In this document: piece by piece, positions 1 to 11,507 of the stretch
Numbering within the stretch: position 1 is the first letter of the stretch
Layout of the letters: the number at the start of each line of letters is the position of its first letter
NCBI RefSeq assembly: GCF_964355755.1
Contig: NC_092677.1
Location: 23,237,175 to 23,301,174, forward strand
DNA from: Antedon mediterranea
Lineage: Eukaryota > Animalia > Echinodermata
DNA length: 64,000 bases
Direction of reading: 5' to 3'
The notes under the pieces: generated by a model
Databases searched by the model: none
Seen by the model: the letters and a program-made list of their open reading frames with translations, nothing else
What the model was told of the DNA's origin: nothing
Program-made: the position numbers and the translations under genes

Positions 1-427
1 ACTGCTGCAGAACCAACTACCATAGAAACAACTGACCAAACTACTGCTGCAGAACCAACTACAATGGAAACGACTGACCAAACTACCTCAGCAGAATCAA
101 CTACCATGAAAACAACTGACCAAACTACTGCTGCAGAACCAACTACCATGGAAACAACCGACCAAACTACTGCTGCTGCAGAACCAACTACCATGGAAAC
201 AACTGACCAAACTACCTCAGCAGAATCAACTACCATGAAAACAACCGACCAAACTACCTCAGCAGAACCAACTACCATGGAAACAACCGAACAAACTACC
301 TTATCAGAACCAACTACCATGGAAACAACCGACCAAACTACTGCTGCAGAACCAACTACCATGAAAACAACTGACCAAACTACTGTTGCGGAACAAACCA
401 CCATTGAAACAACTCAATCAACTACAG
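1..427 (+). CDS. Mucin exon: Thr-rich tandem repeat domain, 42-bp/14-aa unit (TAAEPTTMETTDQT), about 10 copies in the window
   Basis: Frame open from base 1 and the repeat is directly visible; donor ACAG|GTACGA at 428, phase 1. Confidence 0.9.
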
Positions 428-3400
428 GTACGATTACATTTGACTTTGTTTTATACATTTGTTATACTCATACATGTATTTTACAACTGGATCCATAATT
501 ACAATAAATTAAAGGTTAATCATGTTAAGTATAGTACAGTATGCTATTAAAGTTTCTCTACCAAAGCGAAATTCCTAATAGTATTCGATATCCATATAAT
601 AGGCATTTAATAACTAAGTGGTCGTTTTTAAAGAAATTAAGCATTCCTTGTTTAAATCCCTTTGAGCTGGACTTGAAACATACATTTAACCTTGGTAACT
701 TAACAAAAGTCATAGGTACTTTATATATTTATATTCTATTTGAACCATATTTAATGAGGATGATACATCCAGCAATTGCTTATCATTTGGGACCCTCAGA
801 ACAAATACAATACACAAAATACAACAAAAACAGAAAAGAAAAACAAAAGCCTATAAATAAAATAATTTAAATGAGAATTAAATCTGAAAAGAAAATTCGG
901 AATATAGTAAAAAACTGATATGTTAAATTAAGCAAAAATAATAAATATATATACTTAGATCTAATATTTTACAATTTAAAGTCTGGAAAAGGATTACATA
1001 GAAAAGTCATAAGTCTAGTTTTGAATGAGGAAAGGGATAATAAATTGCGGATAGTTAGAGGAAGATCATTGTAGAAATTAGGGGCCTTGTAGCTGAAAGA
1101 GAGTTTGACATTTTCAATGTGAAGATTTCTTTTGGAAATTTGACGAGTAGTCATCCTCCCATTGGCAATAATTTTAGTTATTGAGGAGCAAGAAGATTTA
1201 GGTTTTTGAAAGGAAGAAAACCTAGTTGGTAGTGGAGTCATTTCTGAAGAGGAATGTATGGGCTTGTCAAGTGATCATCAGAGAGGTGTGACATAGGATG
1301 AAGTTTGAGAATAATGCGTAAAGCATTTGACCATGGTACGCAATTGGATTATGCACACGGATAGTTCTACCATGTTTCCACTGCTGAATATGGCATATCA
1401 TCAACGTCTACTTCCTTAAAACTAGTTCTATTAAAGATCAATGATATTCAACAACAACGTTGTGCAAGTATTGTTCCTTAACGATCTTATATTGAGGTAG
1501 CATTGCCCAAATTGTTTATACTTTAAAAGGCTTCTGTCAAACTATAAAAAAAAGAAAGAGAACGCATGCGATGGGAACGATGAATGACCCGACTCCAAGT
1601 TTATTCAATTTGTTTATAATAATTGTACAATATGATTAACTCTGTTTAAAACCTTAGTACAATCGACCGTACCAAGTTTTAACTTATCAAGACTTTGGCT
1701 TATCAAAAATAATAAAAAATAATGGTATTTGTTTGTATTAAACATTATGGAATATAGGTTTAAGCGATAATCTGATTTTTTCTTTTAGTTAATACATACA
1801 GTATTACTTTAATTATACTATTTATTGGTCGGGAAGAGGCAACATTCTCAGATGACCTTGAAAATCCTGAATCAGCACTGTACATGCAATATGAGAACAG
1901 CATATGTGGTTCGGTATGTAATTGTCTAAATGTTATAATGATGATAATAATTTATAGGCCTAATGTAAATTAAAATATTTATAATGATAACGATGATGAC
2001 GACGGCGATGATAATAATGATAAATGTATAATAAGTGATAAAAATGACAGTATAATAATGATAAAATACTATAGATAATATGTATACTAAAATTCCGTCT
2101 TGTATACGTACCCTACATTTAAATCTGCCACAAGCAAGTAACCCTATTAATTAATGAAACTGTAATTATTTTAAAATGTAATCAAAGTAAGATATACCAC
2201 CTATTTTTGTTTATTCCATAACAGCTTACCAATGTATATGATAGTATTGGCATCATACTGTGCAAAATCATTAGATTCAGTGAAGGGAGTATAATTACTA
2301 ACATTGAACTTACATTTCCTGGTAACGCAGTAACTGCTAATGATTTAGAGACAGTACTTGCTGATTCCATTGAAGATAACATGCTTCCTGGTACTGAATT
2401 AGTTGTGGATACTGATGCTATTGAAGTAATCGAATGTAAGGAAGTGTGTGTTAATAATACTAATAAATGTTATCTATTTTTATGCCATATTTATATTGCA
2501 AGCTAGTATTGTAATTCAATAACGTATTTAATTTATTTCCAATAATTTTGCCCTATAATCCTACAAACGATCTAAAGCTAATTTAAATACCTTTTTGATA
2601 TAAATTAGTACATATATCTTTCCAAAAATGTACTTATATCGCGAAACCAGTCATAACATTCAATATTCGCGGCGAAAGTACAACATAGGTGGCGCTGTTG
2701 TATTTCAAAAGCAATAGTATAAAACAAAATTTCCAAACTATTTTTTTTTTCGTACATGAAAAAAGTACTATTAAACGATAGTTTAATAGTGCGTACTATT
2801 GCACGCCATGTGACCCACAATCGTCCAATAAAATGACAGGAATTTATTTCAGGTGTTTTATAATATAGGGTAATTATCAATGACAAACAATAGTAGTCAA
2901 AAATATTGACAAACAAATATTTATATTAATAAATATAATTTATAATAATGCTAATGTTTCTTCTACAAACAAGTTTATTCTTTCCTATAAAAAGCACATA
3001 CTGTATTTTCTGCATTTTTTCAGATTCATGTCCTGGCTATTGTTACAATAGAGGAACATGCGATGATAGTGAACTGCCACCTGTGTGTACCTGTGATTCA
3101 GGCTACGAAGGTGACAGGTGTGAGGATGAATCAGGTATTTTTTAAATGCAACTCATTATTTCATTTGACCAACCATATTCTAATTGAAATTCCAGGCTTC
3201 TTAAAGGGGTAAAATCATATTAAATCAAATCAAATCTTTATTTGTTCTTCCATACATAAAATGTGTACACGGAAAATTGTTTTCCTCGGCAAATGGTAAA
3301 ACAAACAAAACATTCACAATTACATCATACATAGAAAAAATTACAAATAAAAATATTCATTAAAACATACATCAATCCCACATAAAAATACTATGTTATA

Positions 3401-6101
3401 TTTAGGTTAAAAGTTATATTCCAATTAAAAAACTGTAAAACTTTTAAAAATATATATATTTACAAATAGACCATGCGAAAGTTGCTAAAAAGGTGAATTT
3501 TAGACCTCAATCGTTACTAAAATAAAAATCAGTTCTTCCACAAAACCATGAAAATCCTCACAACCATGAACCTATAAATTAATGTATAGGTTCATGCCAT
3601 AACTACAATTATATTTATCATCATTTCCTTATATGAGTAATACTTCTGATAAGACAACAACAAAATTTCTCCAAACATAACGTCATCAGGATTATTCACG
3701 TACCCATTTATTCACAATTACATTTACAATATTTAATAGTACTGTATACTAGAAGAAGCGAGTGCTTGTCAGTTTGATAACAATTTAATGCATGTAAGTG
3801 TACGGTACATACATGCCAGACAACATTCAACAAAAAAAGTGTAAACAAAAATATTCCTATATTAATTATACATTTGAGAGTATTTTTTAAACTTGATTGA
3901 CCCATTATACATTATTACTGAATACAACCATGTAAAAATAATAGGGAGGCTTCGCAACCTTACGAATACGATAACGAAAACGGATACGTCATACTTTTGT
4001 GAACCTTTTGAGCTGATCCCCATTTCATATTCGTAAAGCGTATTCGTGTTGACGAATATCACCAGTCATATTCGTAACTACAAAACGAGTATAGTTTTTG
4101 ATCAATTTTGCACATTTTGCATTTGAATCAGGAATGATTCATGATTATAATATAATTATAGATTTATTGAAAGTAATTTACTAAAGTAATTTACTAAAAG
4201 GCCAAGTCAATTTTGATAAATAGCAGTTTTTAAAGTCCTCACTCGCTTTGATGTTACGCTGGGCCTAAGCAGCCAAGCACCAAGCAACACGTCGTACGTC
4301 ATATTTTGGACGCACCTCAATATTTCGTTGCCATGCGAAACAGATTTTGTTATGGCTTACGAAAACGAATACGTGTGCGTGACGTATCTTTTTTCGTTAT
4401 CGTATTCGTAAGATTGCGAAACCTCTCTATTGTTGGTTAACACAAATCACTAATAATTGTGCTCATATATCCTACTGACAGTAATATATGATAATTATTA
4501 ATGACAAAAAGGACAATTTAATTTTTTCACATCTAATAATAATAATAATATAAGAAAATTACTGAAAACTTTTCGTTTAAAAATTAAAAATTTGTTTACC
4601 TTCCAGATACACAAGCGTACATTGTAGTGATATTGATTATAGTTGGAGGGTTTTTGATCATGTTTTTACTTGTCATTATCGCTGTTTTGCTTATGATGGT
4701 TACTTGTCGACGAACAGTCAGTCGGCGCAATCACCTAATTAATCGAGATAATAAACACAAGCCACAATTTGAAAATCTTGAAAACAGTTTTTCCAGTTCT
4801 TCACATTCCGATATGTTAGCCAACTATCGAAGAAGTGTAATGCTTGGCACACCGACCAATGTAAGTATGCATATCATTGGAATTCGAAATAAAGCAACGC
4901 ATGTAGGCCTCTTAATTTGTTTTTGTCACTGGACGTATGGCCACACAGAGAGGATATTTACAATATATGTATATGTTAAGAGGTGGTAGGGTCTACAATA
5001 TTTAATTGGAATTTATGTAATTGTCTTTAATTTAGGTTGATGGGATCAAATCAACTGAATTTCGTCGGCCCTATGTTGTGTCTGGTAGCAAAAATATGGT
5101 AAGTTCTGCACTTTCATCGTTATGCTCATGAAATTAGGTATATTAGGCCTACTAGCAAATGATCTAGATTACGTAATACGTTGCCATAACATCGGCAAGG
5201 TTTCGAGACTCATCTATCATGGTTCTGGTGGTAGAACAAGTCTATAATAATATAAGGACTATAAACCGAAGGTCCAGTTTACACATCTGGCTCATGTGCA
5301 CTTTAAAGAACATCTTCCCAGACGAGTAGGAGGTTACACCGGTGTACTAGTTCACACACAGCCACTTTTACAAACTACTCATATATATATATTCTCTGGT
5401 TTACATTTACGTAGCCTTTGCGTATGAACTAGACAGTGGCGTTGTTACCTCTACTTACTACGACACGTCCTTAGCGTTATCTACGACAGCAACATATCTA
5501 ATCTTAACTAACGCCACAGAACTAACCCCAGCGACGCTTGAATAATTTATTTAAAGATATTTACCGTTTACTTCATAATTTTTACTGTATGTATTGTTAA
5601 TTGCTGATATAAAAAACAAGGCCAACAGCCATAAGTCGCGTGCTAAAACGCATAGTGATACCGGACCGACCGACAGACCAACCGACCGACATAGTGAACT
5701 ATAGAGTCGCGTCCATGCGACTAAAAACAAGCTTTTCAGCTGCTCTGTTCGATCTGAAAGCACAAGAATGCTTTAGGGTGAAAATAAGAAGTAAATGATA
5801 ACTAAAGCAGTGAATTTAGGGAAAGAATTGAACTCAGAAATTGGAAATCAAGCATTGACAGTTAAGATGGCTGTGTTTCAACCAATGGTCACAAATGAGG
5901 CTATAACGACAGTATAAAATCTAAAATAGGGTTGCTGGGCTCCTTTTAAATATTATATAGTTTGTTTTTATTATTACTGATAGTATTTCATTTTTACTCT
6001 GACTGACATGATGTATTTTTGTTTTTTTGTAGCATGTTTACGATAATAGAAGTCGACAAAACACAAATGATGAAAATGGGTTGGTCCCATATCACTATTG
6101 A
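1..6101 (+). CDS. Transmembrane mucin-like protein (PTS repeats-SEA-EGF-TM-cytoplasmic tail), 5'-partial; join(<1..427,1789..1913,2225..2435,3024..3134,4607..4860,5036..5098,6033..6101)
   Basis: Seven GT-AG exons with consistent phases (1,0,1,1,0,0) give one open frame: T-rich repeats; SEA (TFSDDLENPESALY...IIRFSEGSIITNIELTF); EGF; hydrophobic TM; tail ending PYHY-TGA. Architecture resembles the MUC3/12/13/17 class. Confidence 0.88.
727..1330 (-). mobile_element. CR1/L2-type LINE 3' fragment
   Basis: Degenerate ORF2 C-terminus (TRQ...FSYKAPNFYNDLPLTIRNLLSLSSFKTRL). Its 3' UTR matches a second copy at about 18490-18618 (+). Confidence 0.7.
1789..1913 (+). CDS. Mucin exon: SEA domain N-terminal half
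   Basis: Acceptor TTTTCTTTTAG at 1788; (V)NTYSITLIILFIGREEATFSDDLENPESALYMQYENSICGS; donor GTATGT at 1914. Confidence 0.85.
2225..2435 (+). CDS. Mucin exon: SEA domain C-terminal half with G/SII cleavage motif
   Basis: Acceptor ACAG at 2224; LTNVYDSIGIILCKIIRFSEGSIITNIELTFPGN...VVDTDAIEVIE; donor GTAAG at 2436. Confidence 0.87.
3024..3134 (+). CDS. Mucin exon: EGF-like domain
   Basis: Acceptor TTTTTCAG; CPGYCYNRGTCDDSELPPVCTCDSGYEGDRCE has six-Cys EGF spacing; phase 1-1 exon; donor GTATTT at 3135. Confidence 0.92.
3220..3500 (-). mobile_element. LINE 3' tail remnant
   Basis: On the minus strand AATAAAG is followed by (ATTTG)n after a T-rich UTR. Confidence 0.4.
3565..3596. mobile_element. 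32-bp hairpin mini-element with CATG termini
   Basis: CATGAACCTATA-8nt-TATAGGTTCATG; flanks TCACAAC/CCATAAC (5 of 7 identical, possible TSD). Confidence 0.45.
3944..4427. mobile_element. MITE, about 484 bp, with ~45-bp imperfect TIRs
   Basis: GGGAGGCTTCGCAACCTTACGAATACGATAACGAAAACGGATACGTCA ... TGACGTATCTTTTTTCGTTATCGTATTCGTAAGATTGCGAAACCTCTC, flanked by TA (or AT) on both sides; CpG-rich. Confidence 0.8.
4607..4860 (+). CDS. Mucin exon: transmembrane helix and juxtamembrane tail
   Basis: Acceptor TTCCAG at 4606; YIVVILIIVGGFLIMFLLVIIAVLLMMVTC followed by the basic RRTVSRR; donor GTAAGT at 4861. Confidence 0.9.
5036..5098 (+). CDS. Mucin exon: cytoplasmic VDGIKSTEFRRPYVVSGSKNM
   Basis: TTTAG acceptor, 63-nt phase 0-0 exon, GTAAGT donor. 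Confidence 0.8.
5168..5366 (+). mobile_element. Deu-domain SINE, partial copy
   Basis: Aligns to 34210-34503(-): ATAAGGACTATAAACCGAAGGTCC...CACTTTAAAGAAC...GAGTAGG...TTACACCGGTGTACT. Confidence 0.7.
5615..5727 (-). mobile_element. HINE / DINE-1-like Helentron-associated element
   Basis: Minus strand: TTTTTAGTCGCATGGACGCGACT (subTIR plus inverted repeat), (GTCG/GTCT)n microsatellite, 3' GCACGCGACT, short GGC..GCC stem, TTGTT end within a T-run. Confidence 0.7.
6033..6101 (+). CDS. Mucin terminal coding exon HVYDNRSRQNTNDENGLVPYHY*
   Basis: Strong pyrimidine tract TTTTTGTTTTTTTGTAG; in-phase stop TGA at 6099-6101. Confidence 0.75.
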   Translation, partial: HVYDNRSRQNTNDENGLVPYHY

Positions 6102-6780
6102 TGAAATCTATTATTAGTTAGACAAGTAGATTAATTAGAGTGTATCGGTGACATATACATTGATATTCATCCATATAGGCCTATACTATTATATATTAGT
6201 TTATACAAATTAATAATAATATTACATTATATATCAGGTAACTCTCCTATAAAACGGAGGAACACTATCGTAACAAGAGGTTCGACCCATACAAAATGTT
6301 TACAAAATTAAATACTTAGTTACAATATAGATATGATTCACATTACAATACGTCAAGCAGTTCACATTTTAAGGAAAATAGGCTATATTAGAAAAATAGA
6401 TTCTTATTAACAGGTGGAATTGTTTATATATAGCTTTAATTAAAAATGATTTACTACTACTTGTCAAAATAGAACAAATTGTTTTATCTTGGTAAAAATC
6501 ATGTTATCTAGTAGCAAATTTTTTGCTTTTGTTTATCTTTCTTGCCTGTTGTTGTTTTCTGACTAGGCTAGGAGGCTTCGGATTCCTGAAAAGATCAAGA
6601 CTTAGCTTGGTGTCTTTTTGTTCTCTTCCTTTTTGGTTTCAACTCTTCATCTTTATTGTCGTTGTCGAGCGCATAAAGAAATCGTATATAAATCTATCTA
6701 TTATTATTTTAATATAATTAACCCAATATTTTTTAAACGTAAACCTGACATGACATTGTAGTGATGTAATTATTTACTTC

Positions 6781-6786
6781 AATAAA
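6781..6786 (+). terminator. Candidate polyadenylation signal of the mucin-like gene
   Basis: AATAAA about 680 nt after the stop; weak evidence in AT-rich DNA. Confidence 0.3.
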
Positions 6787-6820
6787 TATAGTTGATTACG
6801 TATCAGCGTATCATAATAGG

Positions 6821-7484
6821 TACGGATGATTTCGTTTACCTCACCGCTTCAAATGGATAGACGGATACGCATTATTTTTAGATCAAAAGTTCCATGTTTT
6901 TTGCCGACAGAGCGCGGACCGCCCACAATTTTAGAAAATAAACAAAGGCTTCCTAGCGCATGCGCCGTTTACCTGTACGTTGACCGCATCATACACTAGA
7001 CTCACAAATGTGACAGAAGAAAATGTTAGTAACTTTTCTTAAGACAAGACAAGACAAAAGAAACGGTTGAGACAAAAATCATTGTCTGACAGACAATTTA
7101 GGTATATTAAAATGGCATAATCAATAATAAATAAAAATGTAAGAAGGACAATATTAAAACCTTGTGAGTGTTATACATTTTTTAAGCAAATGACTCCATA
7201 CACTACATAGGCATAGTTGGACACAAAGATGGCCAGTAATGTACCACGTGACTTTCCAAAATCTGTGAATGCGCCGAGAGGTTTGTTGATGTACTACGCA
7301 TGCGCATGTACGTGTGAACAGATTGTATATTTAGGGCGTTATAACACCGTATTTAGGGCGTTAAAACGCACTAAATTAGGTCGTTATAATGCCCTAATAC
7401 GGCGTTACAACGCCATAAATAGGGCGTTATAACGCCGTATTATTATAAAATAATGTTTTTCTTTGGCGGAAATCAGCCACCGTA
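6821..7484. mobile_element. Probable non-autonomous DNA element with subterminal GGCGTTATAACGCC repeats
   Basis: Imperfect TIR TACGG(A/TGGC)TGATTTC at both ends; about 5 copies of a ~22-bp palindromic unit at 7331-7440; CpG-rich interior. Confidence 0.45.
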
Positions 7485-7968
7485 CAATATATCCATGCAT
7501 CAATCTGTGGTTGCACTCAGGGAAGTGTAGACGATGGTTCTCGAAATGATAATTACTCGGGTAAAAAAGGTCGGTCGTTTACCATTATATGCTTGGTATT
7601 GGTAAAACTAAACCTACTCTGTTTCACAGTGTCTTAGATGATTAATAACATTTTAAAGTATAGTGTTTATTGTTAGGTAGGGTGGAGGTGGAGAGGCGGA
7701 GTTCATTTGAGTTTATTCGAAGGGTATAGTTAGTTATTATATATATATTAGTTTTAATAATATGGCAACATTTATAATCAAATAAAATCCTCTAATAGAT
7801 ATGAAAAGTGGTAAAAAAGAATAACAAATGCTTGGTAAATTGTAAATAACAGTCCGGTGAATTCTACTGCAAATAGTATATTGGTTTTATAATTATAATA
7901 CAATATTGTGTGTCTAAAATCATGTGGGCGTTTATTTGATGACGACTATTTAATTCTAAGTGGGTCTA

Positions 7969-9192
7969 ATTGTGTTGCCCATATGGGATTACACTATTTT
8001 TGTACCCAAGAACCATATGTGTCCCACACGGGAAGGCCTACATGGACCACATATAACCCACATGGGGCCCATATTTCAAAGCATTGGACATCGTATTGTG
8101 TTGCCCATATGGGATTTCACTATTTTTGCACCCAGGAACCATATGGGTCCCAAATGGAACGGCCTACATAGACCATATATAACCCACATGCGGTCCCTAT
8201 TTCAAAGCATTTGACATCGTGTTGGCGCCCATATGGGATTTCACTATTTTTGCACCCAGGAACCATATGGCCCATATTTCAAAGCATTGGACATCGTATT
8301 GTGTTGCCCATATGGGATTCCACGATTTTTGTATCCAAGAACCATATGTGTCCCACATAAGAAGGCCCACATAGCCCATATATAACCCACATGCGGTCCT
8401 TATCTCAAAGCATTTGACATCGTGTTGCCCATATGGGATTTCACTATTTTTGCACCCAGGAACCATAGGGGTCCCACATGGGAAGGCCTACATAGACCAT
8501 ATATAACCCACATGGGGCCCATATTTCAAAGCATTGGACATCGTATTGTGTTGCCCATATGGGATTCTACTATTTTTGTACCCAAGAACCATATGTGTCC
8601 CACACGGGAAGGCCTACATGGACCACATATAACCCACATGGGGGCCATATTTCAAAGCATTGGACATCGTATTGTGTTGCCCATATGGGATTCCACTATT
8701 TTTGTACCAAAGAATCATATGTTTCCCACATAAGAAGGCCCACATAGCCCATATATAACCCACATGCGGTCCCTATCTCAAAGCATTTGACATCGTGTTG
8801 CCCATATGGGATTTCACTATTTTTGCACCCAGGAACCATATGGGTCCCACATGGGAAGGCCTACATAGACCATATATAACCCACATGGGGCCCATATTTC
8901 AAAGCATTGGACATCGTATTGTGTTGACCATATGGAATTCCACTATTTTTGTACCCAAGAACCATATGTGTCCCACACGGGAAGGCCTACATAGCCCATA
9001 TATAACCCACATGGGGCCCATATTTCAAAGCATTGGACATCGTATTGTGTTGCCCATATGGGATTCCACTATTTTTGTACCCAAGAACCATATGTTTCCC
9101 ACATGGGAAGACCCACATAGCCCATATATAACCCACATGGGGCCCATATTTCAAAGCATATAGGCATCATATTGTGTTGCCCATATGGGATT
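7969..9192. repeat. Tandem satellite, ~126-bp monomer x ~10, with 373-bp higher-order trimer
   Basis: The CCCATATGGG anchor recurs at 7978, 8104, 8228, 8307, 8428, 8554, 8680, 8801, 8927 (variant), 9053 and 9180. Confidence 0.97.
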
Positions 9193-10219
9193 CTTCTTGT
9201 TTTGACAGGTAGCTTGCAGCAGATTCTAAAAGGCGGCATGGGGAAATTTCGAAAAATGGACAAATATCGACCTGCTTATTTTTGACATGCCCAAAATAAT
9301 TTTATGTTTTTTGTGCATGTTATTTACATTATTTTAAACAGTCGATATTGGGGTATTTTTCGGAAAAAACATCTTTTCCCATTGTCAAATAATACCCAAA
9401 TATCGCTGTTTAAAATATGTATTGAGGTCATTATGTAAATAAAGGGGTATCGCAGAATCATATAATGCTATTTCAAAAAACTACACAAACTATACAAATC
9501 ATTTTTTTAATTATTTAATGCAATTTGACAGACGACATTGGATTTGAAATTCCGTTGAACATAAATGTTACCTGGTAGCATCATTATTATTTGACTTTTA
9601 ACACTTAATCTTATTGTTGTATTCATGTCAAATTTGTGCACAATAATAGGCTCTATTACCAAGTCAGAAGCAAGTTTAATATTATAAGAAAAGCGTAAGA
9701 ATTCACTTTCCAGTTTTAGTTCAATTATTAATAAAATGCTTTAAAAATGTTGTAACTGTAAAATTAACAAAACAATTGCACTTTATAATTCTAGAAAATG
9801 AATATCATATCATAACGTATTAGTTACATCAATTTCAAGTACAACAATCATAATATTTTTTAACTGATCATTTTGAGGATCTGATAGTAGGGTGGGGTAT
9901 CTTTTACTAGAAGCCTTATTTCTTTAATTTATTATTTCAAGGGAAGAGAATGAACAATATTGGGGTTTTTAAAATTTAATTAGCCACATGAACATGTGGA
10001 ATAATGTGTCACTTTTACAGTGACCATTCATACATTTACAATACAATAATAATTTATATATACATAAATTAAGCACATATTCTGAATGACTGAACTGTAC
10101 ATATTTACATAATTAATCTAATTCATTTAATACATAATCCATAATTAAAATAAGTTATACCCAATTGACACATAAAAAAAATCATTTCTTAATAAAATTG
10201 TAAACATGAAAAAAAAAAG

Positions 10220-10457
10220 AATTGATCAAACTTTGAATAGGCCATTTTGCAGTTTTAATAAAATGATATACTTTGAAACAAAATAATGATTTTACTTATA
10301 GAAAACAACATAAACAAACAAAAAATATTAATTTAATTATGGTGTTCTGCTTTTTTATCCAATTTTGGTCAAAGTGAATATTTTTATGTGACATGAAAAT
10401 GGCTTTTTCAACAACAAAATTGTTTACAAATTCTTTTTTCAAAAGGGCAATGCATCT
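10220..10457. mobile_element. Kolobok-like non-autonomous element, right-end fragment
   Basis: Homologous to 21697-22003 (ATCCAATTTTGGTCAAAGTG...GGGCAATGCATCT); ends beside a TTAA-like site. Confidence 0.55.
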
Positions 10458-11373
10458 TAAAGAGATCTTTTCTGCATATCTTTACATACAAGGTACATGT
10501 CAAGTAATTTTGTTTTAATTTCAATACAATATTTACAATTATACAATTTCATAAATCAATCAATAATTATTCATACTTTTTTTAAAAGCTATTAATAAAT
10601 ATTGCTATTAATTTGTAAAGGTTTTTGGTCCAATAAAAAATAAAACGAGTTTGATTATATTTAGTGTATTAAAGTTTATTAACATTCTACTGCCCTCAAT
10701 TTATGAACAGATCCCAATGCAAACTAAATCTGTAACAAAAATATATAATAGAAATAATGAATGTAATACATTACTGGAGAGACACTGGTCTGATTACCAA
10801 ATGAAGTTTTCTCCTTATATTGACTAAGACATCTCAAGTTCAATGTATATTCAAGGTACTGTATAATACATTTCATGAAAGATGACCAATAAACGTATTA
10901 TTCATTATTTGTTTTATAACACACCTACTATTAACACGAAGCTATGCCAAGATCTAAACCATTTGAAAAGGCAGAGCTCCATTTTTGGACGCAGCGTAAA
11001 CAATTATAGATGGCGCACATTTGGCAGGTTTATCCAACAACAGCCTTGTGCCACTGTGTAACAAAAATTACCATGCAAAACGAAATTGCACTCTCGAATG
11101 ACCTAATTAATTAATTAATAGAATTGTTTTACCTCCAATCAAATGACAAGAATCTACTTAGGTGTGTTATAATTTGAATTATATAATGATGACCTGTTGT
11201 TATAAAATATGGTTTACCCTTGAAGGTACATTGAATGAATATATTGAATTAATTTTAATTTTCCTGTCTTAGACATATTACACTTATTTAGATATGTTGT
11301 AAATGCTTGGTAAATATATATATAATATCTATATATCCCTAATATTGTTTCACAACATATTATTAATTATATA

Positions 11374-11507
11374 TCATAATGCTGATTGTGTCCGTGATGC
11401 CGTTGCTAGGCTTTGTGACTCCACATTGTTACACAATTTCCGTGGAATCCAGACGTCTTGTGATAATGAAGGGTTGGTTACCAAGGTATCCAACCATAAT
11501 ATGGAAT
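11374..11507 (-). CDS. DOK5: Dok terminal coding exon ...DVWIPRK...TQSAL*
   Basis: Acceptor TATTTTTCAG; phase 1 frame is open to TGA at 11376-11374. Confidence 0.7.

Noticed and set aside
2182-2382. Minus-strand 66-aa ORF
   Set aside because: Antisense shadow of the SEA exon.
2682-2697. CTCF-like motif CATAGGTGGCGCTG
   Set aside because: Single partial motif in a probable repeat remnant; no independent support.
7908-9263. Several 60-120-aa ORFs with repeated peptides, and a CRISPR-like look
   Set aside because: They arise from a 126-bp (42-codon) satellite and are broken by indels. The 'spacers' are copies of one another, the context is eukaryotic and there are no cas genes.
6033-11507. 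Functional mucin-Dok receptor/adaptor pair
   Set aside because: Only adjacency supports it; the mucin tail has no NPxY motif for a Dok PTB domain.
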